Below are positions 29,748-43,109 of a DNA stretch of 64,000 bases, piece by piece. The DNA comes from the human T2T-CHM13v2.0 reference genome, Homo sapiens. The stretch is from NCBI RefSeq assembly GCF_009914755.1, contig NC_060927.1; one strand, given 5' to 3'. The notes below the pieces were generated by a model that saw only the letters and a list, made by a program, of their open reading frames with translations, did not search any database and was not told where the DNA came from. Position 1 is the stretch's first letter. Each line of letters opens with the position of its first letter. The translations under genes were made by a program, and so were the position numbers.

Positions 29748-30253
29748 TGTATCAATTTTCCTTTGCTGCTGTAAAATAATACCACAAGCTTAATGGCTTA
29801 AAACAAAGCCAATTTATTTTTACCTTACAGTTCTATAGGTTAGACAAAACTGGTCTGACACTGGTCTCACTTAGCTAAAATCAAGATGTCAGGAGGGCTG
29901 TGTTCTTTTCTGGAGGCTCTGGGAGATAATCAATTTCCTTGCTTTTTCCACATTCTAGAGGCTTCCCACATTCTGTGGCTCATGGACCCCTTCCTCCACC
30001 TTCAAAGGTAGCAATGGTGCATCTTTCTGACCATTTTTTCTCCCTGAACACATCCAATAAAGATTCTCCAATTTTAAGGAGGCAGGTAATTAGATTAGGC
30101 TCCTTTGGATATTCCAGGATATTCCTGCCATTGTAAGGTCTTCACCCTTCATCACATCTGCAAAGTTTCTTTTGCCTTTTGAGATAACATATTCACAGGT
30201 TCTGGAGATTATGATGTGGGCATATTTGGGGGACCATAAATTTACCTGCCACA
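29748..30253 (-). mobile_element. MLT1 (C/D-like) solo LTR
   Basis: GGCTTAAAACAA...TTACAGTTCT...CTAAAATCAAG...TTCTGGAGGCTCT...CACATCTGCAAAG...CCTGCCACA. Confidence 0.85.
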
Positions 30254-30254
30254 A

Positions 30255-30520
30255 ATAGCATTAGAATTTTGTTTGGAAGTCTGTTAAGTATGTGTTAAAG
30301 AATCCTGGCAGAATTGGCATTTTACAAAATTTCATCCATCAGTAAGGTGTAGTTCAATCTTCATGGTGATCTCCTGGTGACATTTTGAGGTTTCCTTTCA
30401 TAATTCTATAGACCCTATCTCATTAATTATACTCCTTAAACTTCCATATTGTGTGTTGTTATTGTAAAGAGGATTTCTCTTTGCCCATATTCCTTCCTAG
30501 TATATTTTTCTAATAAGTTA
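30255..30520 (-). mobile_element. ancient L1M ORF2 remnant
   Basis: GGCAGAATTGGCATTTTAC...TTGTTATTGTAAAGAGGAT resembles antisense L1M ORF2. Confidence 0.45.
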
Positions 30521-31009
30521 CCCTGAATGTCCTTAATTCTTTGTGAAAATGTATTCCCTAATGTGATATCAATCTGGCATCCACTCTACAAGGAGAAACA
30601 TATGCTAGCAATACATAGTGCAGTGTGAATGCAGCTCCTAGGGAGTCAGCCCAGCTATGCCATATTGAGAAATCTCCATTTTCATTATTTATTTGAAAAG
30701 ATGCAAAAATGCTGAGCACTAAGGTGACCTTCAAAGCTTAAGAAAGGTTGCTGAACACTGTTTGACCTAGTTTGCTCAGTGTCCTGAGCAGAAGGACACC
30801 CAGCAGTTCAGGAGCTGCCCTGGCAAAGGGAAGTGGCATATGGGCCTGAGGTTGAGAGACAATGTTTTGCTTAGGGACCTTGCACAGACCCTCTCTCCAA
30901 ATGATTGATTACTTTCTATTTCAGCAGGTTGCAGTTTGCAATCCACTTCCTTCTGAGTTTTATATTCATGCTGAAAAAAAAAACCTTGTTAGGCAAAGGA
31001 AGAATCTCT

Positions 31010-31160
31010 GGGACTGAGAAACAGGAGACCTGGTTTCAGTCTTAACCAAGAGGTTGATTGAGCCATGTGGTAGTGAGGAGGTCATTTAATTCCACAGAGG
31101 ATCAGTTCTCTTATTTGTGAACTTGGGAGGGTGGTAGTGATGATAGGATTGGACTAGATC
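31010..31160 (+). mobile_element. MIR/MIR3 fragment
   Basis: CAGGAGACCTGG...GTCATTTAA...CAGTTCTCTTATTTGTGAA...TTGGACTAGAT. Confidence 0.6.
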
Positions 31161-32096
31161 TGTCAGTCTATAAACTGATCAAGAGTTTATAAAAGACAAA
31201 ATCCATTTGAAGAAGGAACAAAGCATCAATCATTTCAGTTCACATTTTTTGTTTCTTCACATTGATTCTAGGATAACCGTTAGGAGGCAGAAGCTCTTTT
31301 TGACCCTGTTACTTTTACTTGAGAGCTAATTCTTATCTCAGTCTGTAGGCCCTTGAGAAGTCTCAAAATTTCCACTTTAAGTAGTGATGGAGGGACTTGA
31401 CATTCCTACTAAATGACAGATACACAGGATTAAAAACACATCACTCTTCTTACACTGGATCCTCCAGCCTGTGTTCCACAGGAAGCCTTTGCTGCAGAGG
31501 CCTGAAGGAGAACCCTTACAGGTTTATCTTCAGGACCCAAATAAAATCTGGGTGGATCTGGCTTGCCAAGTTAATCCTTCTCTTTCACTCTGTTTGTACA
31601 TTGATCAATCTTGATCTTTTGTCTCTTCACCAACTATTGTTCTTCCCTGCAAACCAGGAGCTCTAATGTCTGACTAGCAGGGAGTGGCCAATGGGATCCA
31701 GAGAATGGCTTGGAATAGCAATAACCTCAGTCTTCAACTCATCAGATCACAGTGCTTTTTGTGGCAATTTGACTCATGGCTCATCTTAGTGTCAGTGCTC
31801 CATGCATAGAGCTTGGTGGGTGAGGCCCAATCTCATAGGGAGAGGTAGTAAAATGCTGGAATTAGGTACAATTTCTTCAAATTTGAGTTTTCCTTCCTTC
31901 TTCATATTTGGAATACTTTTTATCTCCTGTCATAGGAAGCATCCAGACTGCTGCTGGAGGGAAAAGCTGACTTATCAGATAACTCTGCTGTTGTTAGAGG
32001 CATTGAGATAACCACTAACCCTTCCCTGGGTTCACAGAATGAGCCAAATGCCTAGAAATTCCAGGGAGCAGGTCATAGCATTGGGCTTGCAGTTGT

Positions 32097-32136
<40 letters not shown>

Positions 32137-32150
32137 GCAACAGCAACAAC
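32097..32150. repeat. (AAC)13 AGC AAC AGC (AAC)2 microsatellite
   Basis: Seen directly in the sequence. Confidence 0.97.
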
Positions 32151-32502
32151 ACATCTTTATTGAGCATCTTTATAAGCCAGTCACTGTGTATATGGAGACT
32201 TAACTTGAAGAGTGCAGACTCTTGTTTGGAATTCAGACACGGAAATATTTAATTTTAGTGTGGCATGACATGAATGATAACAATAAGGCAAATATCTTGC
32301 TCTTGACTTGCTAGGCTGAGAAACTAATTTCTGGAAGTCCACTGAGCCTAGTGATGAAGAGAGCCCCTGAGGATTGATACGTTCCTTATATACAAAATGT
32401 GTGGTATTCTATTTCGAGGCTTGAGTAGAGGGCAGGGGCAATTTTTTCTTTTACATTTTTATTTTTATACTTTTTGCAGTATATATTATTTGTATTAAAA
32501 AA

Positions 32503-32696
32503 TTTGGAATCAGACAGACTTGGTTTAGGATTCTAGCTTTCTCATTTATTAGCTTTGTGGTCTTGGAAAAGTTTCTTAATCTCTCTGAACTTCATGTTCT
32601 CTGTGAAGATTCACTGAGATAATGCACATAATGTTCTTAGTTACTTGTCTGGCACTTACTAAATGTCAGCTCTCATTATTGCTGTTATTATTATTG
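32503..32696 (+). mobile_element. MIR SINE
   Basis: TGGAATCAGACAGAC...TAGCTTTGTGGTCTTGG...CTTAATCTCTCTGAAC with an ATT tail. Confidence 0.8.
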
Positions 32697-33789
32697 CCTG
32701 AAAATTAGAGCAATGTGACAAAGGGAACTGAGATTTTGGACCTCAATCTGATCAATCAAATTGGGCTATTCAGTGGGGTGCAAGTGATGGGAATCATAAC
32801 AGAAAGCTATTCTAGTATTCCAGAAAGTCAGGAAACTGTAAGCTGGCATGGTCACAGAGGAACCATCAACTTCAGAGGAAGAACTCAGGGTCTCAGACCA
32901 CAGGCTGGCAGGTTGCCCTGGCCTAAAGCCCTGGCCTGTAAGAAAGACTAGAGAGAGAGGGGGAAACTCAGAACTGCACTTCATATGAGGAAATCTCCAG
33001 AGAGCCCTATGGAGAAGAAAAGGAAAAAATCAATGCTGTTGCACAACCTTGGCTTTTGACAAGAGACTACTTTATATAATAGCATGTCAGAAAAGGAGGA
33101 GACCTCAATTTGAGGGCCAAAGGGTTAGAGAGGGTGGCCCAGGTGGGACTGAGCCAAGGCCTCAGCTGCCAGACCAGATCAGAATTCAGAGGTACCAGAT
33201 GTAGCAGATGGCTGCACCGGCAGGCTGTCTGACTTCCTCGTAAGCTGTGAACATGGGTGGGAGTCAAGCTCTATGTTTCCTTACATAGTTGCATTGAACT
33301 GAGTGTAGAAATATGGACCTAAGGGAAGGACTTCCTTAAAAGCATTTTAAAAAAGAAATGAAGATTGAAGGATCTGCATGCAAAAACACAACTTTATTTA
33401 AGTGTAGGTGAGAGGAAGAGAATTGGCTCTGTGGAGGGAAGTTGGGAAGAGGCACCTTTCATCATCCATTCACTTTGGCATTTGTTTCATTTCCCTGACA
33501 TTTTGCAGACGACTTTATCTTTTCTCAGGAATTTCCTTGTTTATTCTTCTGTTTTGGAATAATCCTCCCAATATTCTTTCCAAAGAAGGAGTATATTTGT
33601 CTTTGTCCTGGAGTTTATTCACAACCTCAAACCTTGCCTGTGGCCAGAAACACAGTTTATATTCTGTTTCTGGGTTTATTGAGAATCTTCGGGCAGATTC
33701 TTAAATAGGCATCTAAACCTTAGTTTTGTGGGTAGAGATATAGGCTCAGACCAATGACCACTGTATTCATAGCCTGGAATTAAAGGATT

Positions 33790-34005
33790 GGGCTGTATAG
33801 TGAATAGCATGCATGCTCTGCTACTCACAGGCTGATTGTTAATTGGACATATTATTTTGCCTCTCTGAGGCTTAGTTTCCCTGTTTGTACTTTCTGGTAT
33901 GAAATTCCATGTACTCTATTGAGTTATTGAGGGGAGTTGCTGGGATAAATTATATAAATCTTTTAACCTATAGTAAGTGATTAATAAATGTTAATTATTC
34001 TTATT
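33790..34005 (+). mobile_element. MIR SINE
   Basis: CCTCTCTGAGGCTTAGTTTCCC...AATAAATGTTAATTATT. Confidence 0.65.
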
Positions 34006-34225
34006 ATCCGTGTCCCAAATACAACCTCACTGTTAACCCATATATTTATTCCTTTGCAAACAGACCAATAAACTTCAGGTGAGAGAAGATAATTGGCTTT
34101 CTCAGAAAACCCTTGAATATCTTTTACTTTGCTGGGTAAATTTTTCTGCTCATATTTATTTGCAAGACCATTTCCAAACTGCATGACTAGCTGTCAGAGA
34201 AGCATTTTGAAATAAAAGTTTTTAA

Positions 34226-34512
34226 GGACCAGACATGGTGAGTCATGCCTGTAATCCCAGAACTTTGAGATGCTGAGGTGGGAGAATCTTGAGAGCAGCC
34301 TGGGGAACATAGGAAGACTCCATCTCTAGAACAACGACAAAATTAGCCAGGTATAGTGACCTCATACCTGTAGTCCCAACTACTCAGGAGGCTAAGGTAG
34401 GAGGATTGCTTGAGCCAAAAAGGCCCAGGTTGTAGTAAGCCATGATCATACTACTGCTTTCCAGACTGAATGGCAGAATGAGACCCTGTCTCAAAACAAA
34501 ACAAAACAAAAA
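34226..34512 (+). mobile_element. AluJ with a small left-arm deletion
   Basis: Diverged dimer, GGAGGATTGCTTGAGCC, (AAAAC)n tail. Confidence 0.9.
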
Positions 34513-34654
34513 TGTTTTAAAGGGAAGATGGAGATAATGAATCCTGGTAGAAGTAGGCTGATAAAAATCAGAATAGACAGAAAGGGAGAGGTTTGAGACA
34601 TTCCCAAGAGAGAGTCATTTGGATTTTGTGCTCTTTCAAAGATGAGTTCATCTT

Positions 34655-37600
34655 AAAGTGGACTCTAGACCAAATGGACCTAACAGACATTTACAGAATA
34701 TTCTACTCTATAACCACAAAATATGCATTCTTCTCATCTGTGCTTGCCCAAGGCAAGTCTAAATAAATTTTAAAAAGTGAAAATCACATCAAACATCTTC
34801 TCAGACCACAGTAGCATAAAACTAGAAATCAATATGAAGAGGAGCTCTCAAAGCTGTATAAATACATGGAAATTAAATAACCTACTCCTTAATGATCTTT
34901 GAACAAACAAAAAAATTAAGGTGCAAATTTTAAAAAGTTTTGAAACAAATGAAAATAGAGACACAATATACCAAAACCTCTGGGGTATGGCAAAAGCAGT
35001 GCTAAGAGGGAAGTTTATACTGTTAAATGCCTAGATTATAAAGATAGATCTCAGATAACAACCTGATGTCATAACCTCAAGGAACTAGATAAACAAGAAT
35101 AAACCAAAATTAAAGCTAGCAGAAGAAAAGAAATAACAAAGAACAGAGCAGAACTAAATGACATTGAGACCAAAAATGCAATAGAAAAAGTCAAGGAAAC
35201 AAAAAGTTGGTTATTTGAAAAGACAAACCAAATTGCCCAGGGATTTGCTAGACCACTAGTTAGATTAACCAAGAAAAAAGAGAGAAGATTCAAATAAGCA
35301 CAATGAGAAACAATAAAAGTGACATTACAACTGAAACTACAAAAATACAAAAGATTATCAGAGTCTACTATGCGCATCTCTATGCACACACATTAAAAAA
35401 CCTAGAGAAAATGGATAAATTCCTGGAAGCATACGACCTCTTAAGATTGAATTAGGAAGTAGTAGAAATTCTGTATAGACCAGTAATGAGTAGTGAAAAT
35501 AAATCGGTCATAATAAAACCTTCCACCAACAACATAAAAAAGCCCAGGATCAGATTAATTCATAGCCAAATTCTATCAGACATGCAAAGAAGAATTGGTA
35601 CAAATTTTACTGAAACTCTTCCAAAAAATTACAGAGGAGGAATCTTCCCTAACTCATTCTATGAAGCCGGTATCACCCTGATACCAGAGCTGGGTAAGGA
35701 CACATCAAAAAAAGAACACTACAGGCAAATATCACTGATGAACACAGATGCAAAAATTCTCAACAAAATACTAGCAAACCAAATCCAACAGCTCAAAAAA
35801 AATGTAATAAACCATCACCAAGTGGACTTTATTCTAGGGATGCAAGGATGGTTCAATACAGGCAATTCAATCAATGTGATTCACCGCATAAAAAGAATTA
35901 AAAATAAAAACCATATGATCATCTCAATAGATGCAGAAAAAGCACTTAATAACATTCAGAATCACTTCATGATAAAAACAACCATCAAACTAGGCATTGA
36001 AGGAACATACCTCAAAATAATAAAAGCCGTATATGACAAACCCACAGGCAACATCATACTGAATAGGAAAACTTTGAAATCATTTCTCCTAAGAACTAGT
36101 ACAAGACAAGGATGCCCATTTTCACCACTCTTACTCAACATAGTACTGGAACTCCAACCTAGAGCAATCAGGCAAAAGAAAGAAATAAAAGACATCCATT
36201 AAGAAAAGAGGAAGTCAAATTATCTCTGTTGGCTGATGATATGATCTTATACCTAGAAAAACCTGAGGACTCCTCCAAAAGACTCCTGGATTTGAAAAAT
36301 GAATGCAGTAAAATCTCAGGATACAAAATCAATGTATAAAAATCGGTAGCATTTCTATACACCAGTAACAATCAAGCTGAGAACAAAATCAAAAGTCAGT
36401 CTCATTTATGATAGGCCAAAAATACTTAGGAATATACTTAACCAAGGAGTTGAAAGATCTCTACAAAGAAAACTATCAACACTGATTTTATTAAAATGAC
36501 CAATCTCCTCAAAGCAATATATAGATTCAATGCAATTCTTATCAAAATGCCAAGATCATTTCTCACAGAATTAGAAAAAACAATCCTAAATTTTATATGA
36601 AACCAAAAAGGAGCCCAACTAGCCAAACCATCCTAAGCAAAAGGAAACAAAGTTGGAGGCATCACATTACCTGACTTCAAATGATAATACAAGCCTATAG
36701 TAACCAAAACAATAAGGTGCTGATATACAAACACACACAATAGATCAATGCAACAGAATAGAGAACCCCAAAATAAAGCCACATACCCATGCCAGCTGAT
36801 TTTCAACAAAGTCAACAAAAACATACACTGGGGAAAGGATACCCAATTCAATAAATGGTGCTGGAAAATTGAATTGTCATATGCAGAACAATGAAAGTGG
36901 ATCCCTATCTCTCACCATACACAAAAATTAATTCAAGATGGATTAAAGGCTTAAATGTAATACCTGAAACTATAGAAACACTGGAAGAAAACCTAGGAAA
37001 AACTCTTCTGGACACTGGCCTCAGCAAAGTATTTATGACTAAGGTCTCGAAAACCAATGCAACAAAACCAAAAATAGACAAGTGGGACTTAATTAAACTA
37101 AAAAACTTCTGCAAAGCAAAAGAAATAATCAATAAAGAGATAACCTGCAGAATGGAGAAAATATTCACAAACTATGCATCTGGCAAAGGACTAATATCCA
37201 GAATCTACAAGGAACTCAAACAACTCTACAAGAAAAAACCCAAATAACATCCTTAAAAAGTGGGCAAAGGACATGAACAGACATTTTTTAAAAGAAGACA
37301 TACAGGCCACCATAAATATGAATAAATGCTCAACAACACTAGTCATCAGATAAATGTAAATTAAAGTCACAATGAGATACCATCTTCCACCAGTGAGAAT
37401 GGCTATCATTAAAAAGTAAAAACAAACAAACAGATGTTGGCAAGGATGCAGAGAAAAGGGAACACTTATACACTGTTGGTGGAAATGTAAATTAGTACAA
37501 ACTCCATGGAAACAGTATGGAGACTTCTCAAGTAACAAAAATTAGAACTACCATTTGACTTAGCAGTCCCACTACTGGGTATACACCCGAAGGAAAACAA

Positions 37601-38410
37601 ATCATTATATCAAAGATTCCTGCACTGGTATGTTTATCACAGCATGATTCACAGCAGCAAAGATATGGAATCAACCTAAGTGCCCATCAGTGGAGGATTG
37701 AATAAAGAAAATGTGGTATACACACCACGGAATACCACTTAGCTATAAAATAGAATAAAATCATGTCTCTTGCCGCGACATGGATGCAGCTGGAGGCCAT
37801 TATCCTAAGTGAAATAACTCAGAAACAGAAAGCCAAACATCACATATTCTTGCTTATAAGCGGGAGTTAAGTGATGTATACAAATAGACATACAGAGTAG
37901 AATAATAGATACTGAAGACTACAAAAGGTGGATGAGGGTTGAAAACAAACTTATTGGGTACAATGTTCACTATTTGGGCGATGGGTACACTAAAAACTCA
38001 GACGTCACTGGCCGGGCGCAGTGGCTCACGCCTGTAATCCCAGCACTTTGGGAGGCCAAGGCGGGCGGATCACGAGGTCAGGAGATTAAGACCATCCTGG
38101 TTAACATGGTGAAATCCCGTCCCTACTAAAAAATACAAAAAAATTAGCCAGATGTGGTGGTGGATGCCTGTAGTCCCAGCTACTCGGAGGCTGAGGCAGG
38201 AGAATGGTGTGAACCCAGGAGGCGGAGCTTGTGCCACTGCACTCCAGCCTGGGTGACAGAGCGAGACTCCGTCTCAAGAAAACAAACAAACGAACAAACA
38301 AAAACACAAAAAACCTCAGATGTCACCAACTATGCAATATATACGTGTAAAAAATCTGCACTTGTACACCTGAATCTGTAAAAATAAAAATAAAACATTA
38401 AAAAACAACA
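34655..38410 (+). mobile_element. 5'-truncated L1PB (approx. PB3/4), from the ORF2 EN region to the 3' tail
   Basis: ORF 35486..36202 is an RT remnant ([38 protein letters not shown]). 3'UTR ATTGGGTACAATGTTCACTATTTGGG. Confidence 0.92.
38010..38310 (+). mobile_element. AluY inside the L1PB 3'UTR, with a short right-arm deletion
   Basis: GGCCGGGCGCAGTGGCTCACG; GAGCTTG|TGCCAC lacks the CAGTGAGCCGAGATC segment; degenerate TSD AAAA.CTCAGA(C/T)GTCAC. Confidence 0.93.
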
Positions 38411-38562
38411 GAACAGCAAAACAAAGATAAGTGCATGTAGTCCATGAGAGCCCCTGGCCACATTCACTGGATGAGCAAAAAAAAAAAAGAAAAAAAAGAA
38501 AACAAAAAAAACCAATCCCAGTGTTACTGGACCAAAGCTCCCTAGGAAGCTGTATATTTGTT

Positions 38563-38610
38563 TGTGTGTGTGTGTGTGTGTGTGTCTGTGTGCACGCACA
38601 CACACATGCA
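38563..38610. repeat. (TG)n..(CA)n alternating purine-pyrimidine tract
   Basis: Seen directly in the sequence. Confidence 0.92.
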
Positions 38611-38769
38611 TTTTCTGGTCTGTGAAATAAACCACGAAGGAACTGAAAAACTTGCCTTCTAGATTGGTTCACATCTTTCTCTGATTGGCTTCTGTGAAAG
38701 TCTGATTGATTTTCTATGATCTTCTGACATTCAGCACAAAAGCTCCCAGGGCAGGTTTTTGAGGATAAT

Positions 38770-39020
38770 AGTGATGACCACATGGCCACTATTTACTGAC
38801 CATGTGCTACTTGTTAGGTGATGTACTAGATACTTTGTATTCATTATCTCCAACCCTGACAGCAATTGTGAATTGCCCCCATTTTATGACATCTCTCTTT
38901 GCCTGGAGACTTATGATGAAACTGAGCCTCAGAGAGGTTAGGTGACTTATTCAAGCTCATAAGGGTTGCAAGTGGCAGAGTTTGAAGTTCAAACACTTGT
39001 CTGAATCCAAAACATTTGTT
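38770..39020 (-). mobile_element. MIR SINE, near full length
   Basis: GAAACTGAGCCTCAGAGAGGTTAGGTGACTT. Confidence 0.85.
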
Positions 39021-39559
39021 CCATCCCCCAAAACTGCTGTCCATTCCAAACCCGAACCAAAACCAAATGGCTTGTTGAATGCTGCCTCCAGCATCCATCT
39101 GCCTCAGACCTGTATCTGTATCAGCACTAGAGTGTGGTGGTCAGTGGCAGGATGAGCCATTCTGTAAAGGCCTGGTGTGTACTCACTAGAGTTGGGTAGG
39201 GCCTGGAAGTGGTCTGGGCTCCAGGTGAGCTGGTAGTGCCCATGAGGTTAAGAGAATACTATTACCAGACAGAATAGCAGCAGGCTGAAGGCTGGAGGTT
39301 ACATATCCCTGCTGGTGATTCTTTAATTCCATTGCTTTTTGCCTATGGACTCAGAATTAGGATTCCTATGTCTCCTGCCAGCCATCTTCTAGACCCAACT
39401 CATTAATCTGCTCTAAGTCTGCAAAAATCAGTGATTCCTAATGCTTTTGGTTTGAGCCAACCAAGCTCCTGCAAAAATATGTGTTTTTTATCTTCTCAAC
39501 AACCAAGTTTACTATATCAATTAATTTGAATATTTATGATTTTTTTAAAAAACAATAAA

Positions 39560-40720
39560 CTCTATTGACTTTGCTGGAATCACTTTTGCTTTATTTCATC
39601 TCTTCTATTTGCCCCTTCTGTACTCGGTTTTTGTCAGTTCTCTTTCTTTTCTGAGATTTCTAGAGTTTACACTTATACCTTTAAATATAATTACCCTACT
39701 CCTTAGTTGATTTATCAGGTTTAAATATGTTTAGACTGCAGCCTAGAAAAGCTGACAAAGTTAGCATCTTTTCATCACCTTCTGCCTTTCTCCTCTCCAC
39801 TTCCTCCCAATTTTTGTTAGTAATTTTATTTTTGCATTTATCATTGTGAAAAACCTGTATTCTCTTCTCTGAATGTAATCCTCACAGTTTTTTATCTTAG
39901 CCCTTCAGTGAAATGGATCAATGCCCACCATTAGTCCTTTTACTATCGTTCTCTTGTTATCTCTCAGCTGCTTGAAATTCGCTAGTAGTTTCTCCAAGAA
40001 AGCAAGAAAGGCTCATAGGAATTTATTCCTTGAGTTCTTGCACATTTGAAATATGTTTTTCTGTTGCTGCTATCTTTAAACAAAAGTATGATTGGATATA
40101 AAGTTCTTGGGTCACACTTTCTTTGAGGACTTTATTAGCATTTTTCCGTGGTCTTCTTTCATTTAGTATAGTTGAGATCAAGTTTGAGGCATCATATTTT
40201 TTCTTAACTTTAAGGTGATTGGATCTTTTGCTTAGCTGCTCCTTTATTTTTGAAGTATAAGATCTCAAATATTCCTTGGTGTTGACCATCCTGTAAACAA
40301 TTTCTCCATGGGCATTTCTAATTTATAGGCCTATTATTTTTTTGATAAAAAGTTTTCTAAAATAACTCTTTATGTTTTGGTTTCCAGTTACTTGGTTCTC
40401 TCCTTCAGAGTAAATATAGCAATTATGCATATGTTGTATTACCATTATCTGTCTTCTATGTCATTTTTTTCTTGAATCCTTTAAAATTTTGTTTATTGTG
40501 ATCATTTTTACCATCTTGTCCTACTTATCTTTCTGTGTTTCACTAATACCTTTTCCCTTTTGTTCCCTCTTTTAATATGAACTTCATATATGTCATTTAT
40601 GATATTTTCTATGAATTTCCTGAGTCTTGTCACTTCATGCTTTATCTCCTTCTGTTATCACTCATTACCCATTTTGGCTGAAACTTTGTAGCTCTTCTTC
40701 AATTTCTTTTATAGATTTAT
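39560..40720 (-). mobile_element. HAL1-like / ancient L1M ORF1 remnant (probably continuing about 42260-42970)
   Basis: ORF 40023..40289 resembles an ORF1 C-terminus (…ISNVQELKE). AAGGCTCATAGGAATTTATTCCTTGAGTTCTTGCA resembles HAL1. Confidence 0.55.
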
Positions 40721-40724
40721 AATT

Positions 40725-42258
40725 CTTTTAATTTTAAAATTTATTTTTAATTGTGTAAAATACACATAACACAAAATTTACCATATTACCTATTTTTAAG
40801 TTATTAAAAATAGTTATAAACTCTATTTTCAGTAGAATTATGTATGTTTATATTGTTGTTCACAACTCCAGAACTCTTTTCATCTTGTAAAACTGAAACT
40901 CTGTACCCACTAAATAACAACTCTGAATTCACTTTTACCCCAGTCCCTGGTAACCACCCTACTACTTTCTGTCTCTATGCATTGAATTACTCTAGGTATC
41001 TGGTATGGTTTGTCTGTGTCCCCACCCAAAATCTCATCTCAAATTGTAATCCCTATAATCCCCATGTGTCAAGCGAGAGAAAAGGTGGAGGTAATTAAAT
41101 CATTGAGGTGGTGTCCCCGATGCTGTTCTTGTGATAGTGAGTGAGTTCTTACGAGATCTGATGGTTTTATAAGTGTCTGGTAAATTCCTCCTTCAGTGAT
41201 TCTCTTTCCTGCTGTGTGAAGAAGGTGCCTACCTCCCCTTCACCTTCTACCATGATTGTAAGTTTCCTGAGGCCTTCCCACCCATATGGAACTGTGAGTC
41301 AATTAGATCTTTTTCCTTTGTAAATTACCCAGTCTTGGGTATTTCCTTATAGCAATGTGAGAAAGGATTAATACAGTACCTTATATAAATGGAATCATAC
41401 AATATTAACTTTTGTGGTTATCTTATTTAACTTAACATAATGTCCTTAAGGGCCATCCATGTTGTAGCATATGTCGCAATTTCCTTCCTTTTTAATGTTG
41501 AATAACATCCCATTGCATCTATGTATCACATTTCATTTAGCCATTCATCTATTTATAGACACTTGGATTGCTTCCACTTTTTGGCTATTATGAATAATAT
41601 TGCTATGAACATTTGTGTACAAATATCTCTTTGAGATCTTGCTTTCATTTTTTTTGTTTGTATATACTAAGATGTGGAATTACTGGATCATATGGTAATT
41701 CTATTTTTAATTTTTTGAGGAACCCCCATATTGCTTTCCACAGCAGTTATACCATTTAACAGCACCACCAGCAGTGTACAATTTTTCATTTTTCTACATC
41801 CTTGTCAACACTTGTTATTTTGTTTTTTTTTTGTTTTTTTTTAAATAGCCATTCTAAAGTGTGAGAAATGCTACCTCATTGTGGCTTTTATTTGCATTTG
41901 CAGTTCTCTAATGATTAGTGATATTGAGCATCTTTCATGTGCTTATTGGCTGTTCGTATATTTTCTTTGGAGGAATTCTGTTCAAGCCTCTTGCCCATTT
42001 TGTAGGTGGTTGTTGTTGAGCAGTAGGAGTTCTTTATATATTCTGGATATTAACCAGTTATTAGATATATGGCTTGAAAATATTTTCTATCATTCTTTGG
42101 AATGCCTTTTCACTCTGTTGATATCCTTTGATGCACAGAAGTTTTAATTTTGATGTAGTTCAATTTGTCTATTTTTTCTTTTATTGCCTGTGTTTTTGGT
42201 GTCATATCTAAGAAAGTCTTGCCAAATCCAATGTCATAAAATTTTTCCCGTTGTTTTT
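40725..42258 (-). mobile_element. L1MB 3' end, split by THE1D
   Basis: AAAATACACATAAC.AAAATTTACCAT, CTGAAACTCTGTACCCA, CCAGTCCCTGGTAACCAC. Confidence 0.88.
41001..41375 (+). mobile_element. THE1D solo LTR (MaLR)
   Basis: TG.TATGGTTTG.CTGTGTCCCCACCCAAAATCTCATC...TAATACA; 5-bp TSD GTATC/GTACC. Confidence 0.92.
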
Positions 42259-43109
42259 TCTGCTTTGAGTTTTGTTTTTAAATAAACTTTTAAATGCTTG
42301 GTGATGTTAGTAATTTTTTTTCCTGCTCTTTGTCAACAATTTTTAATTTTTTTTCTGCTCAATATTTTTATTTCTTACATATTTTCCTGTGTCTGTCTTT
42401 CTTCCATTTTCATGTGGTCTCTTTATATAAATCTGTATTGGTTCTCTTGTATTAGACCATCTTGGAATGAAGCAAGTTTCTTATGAATTTACATTTTTCA
42501 TTAGGTTTGGCCTAATGAAATGTAGGGTTATATCCACTTGATACTGAATGGGTTATTTCAGCTTTTAGTTATCCCCACACAAAAGAAATTGTCAGTGCAG
42601 CGTTGTTTGCAATTGAGAAACTCTCTGTCTTCCATTTATATCATAACAGCTTGCTTCCTGCAAATTCTGTGTGTTTCCTTGTTGAGCCCCTTTCCCCTGA
42701 AACACTCTTGCTGACAGCTTGCCGAGCCCCTAATGTAGCTCCAAATGCGAGAGTGTTTTTCTCCCTAGAGTGTACCATCTTGTTTGGACAACTGTGCTCT
42801 GACAGCTTTGTCTGAGATCTGCACCTGCTGATGTCCTTGTGAACTTCTACACTGGATTTCATAGCTCTTTCTCTTTTATTGTGGTTCAGAATTTCAAAAG
42901 TCTTCTAGCTTGTTGTGGGTGGAATTTGGTGTTCTGTTTCCTATTTTTAATTTTGGGGTGACTTCCTAGAGAAAAAGGAAGAAGACCTTATAATGGAAGG
43001 TCCAGGTGATTGTATTCACTTCAATTCTTTATTCCTTTTCTTTTGAACAGTTTGAGAGTCTCCCAGTTTCCTAAGGCCCAGAATAGAGCACTGATGGAAC
43101 AAGAGCTGC

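Noticed and set aside
35486-36202. 238-aa ORF with reverse-transcriptase motifs
   Set aside because: It is a frameshifted L1PB ORF2 fragment that stops before the ADD catalytic motif, so it is not a new RT system.
38316-38789. 157-aa minus-strand ORF
   Set aside because: It runs through (CA)n, A-rich tracts and an L1 tail, with no protein-like features.
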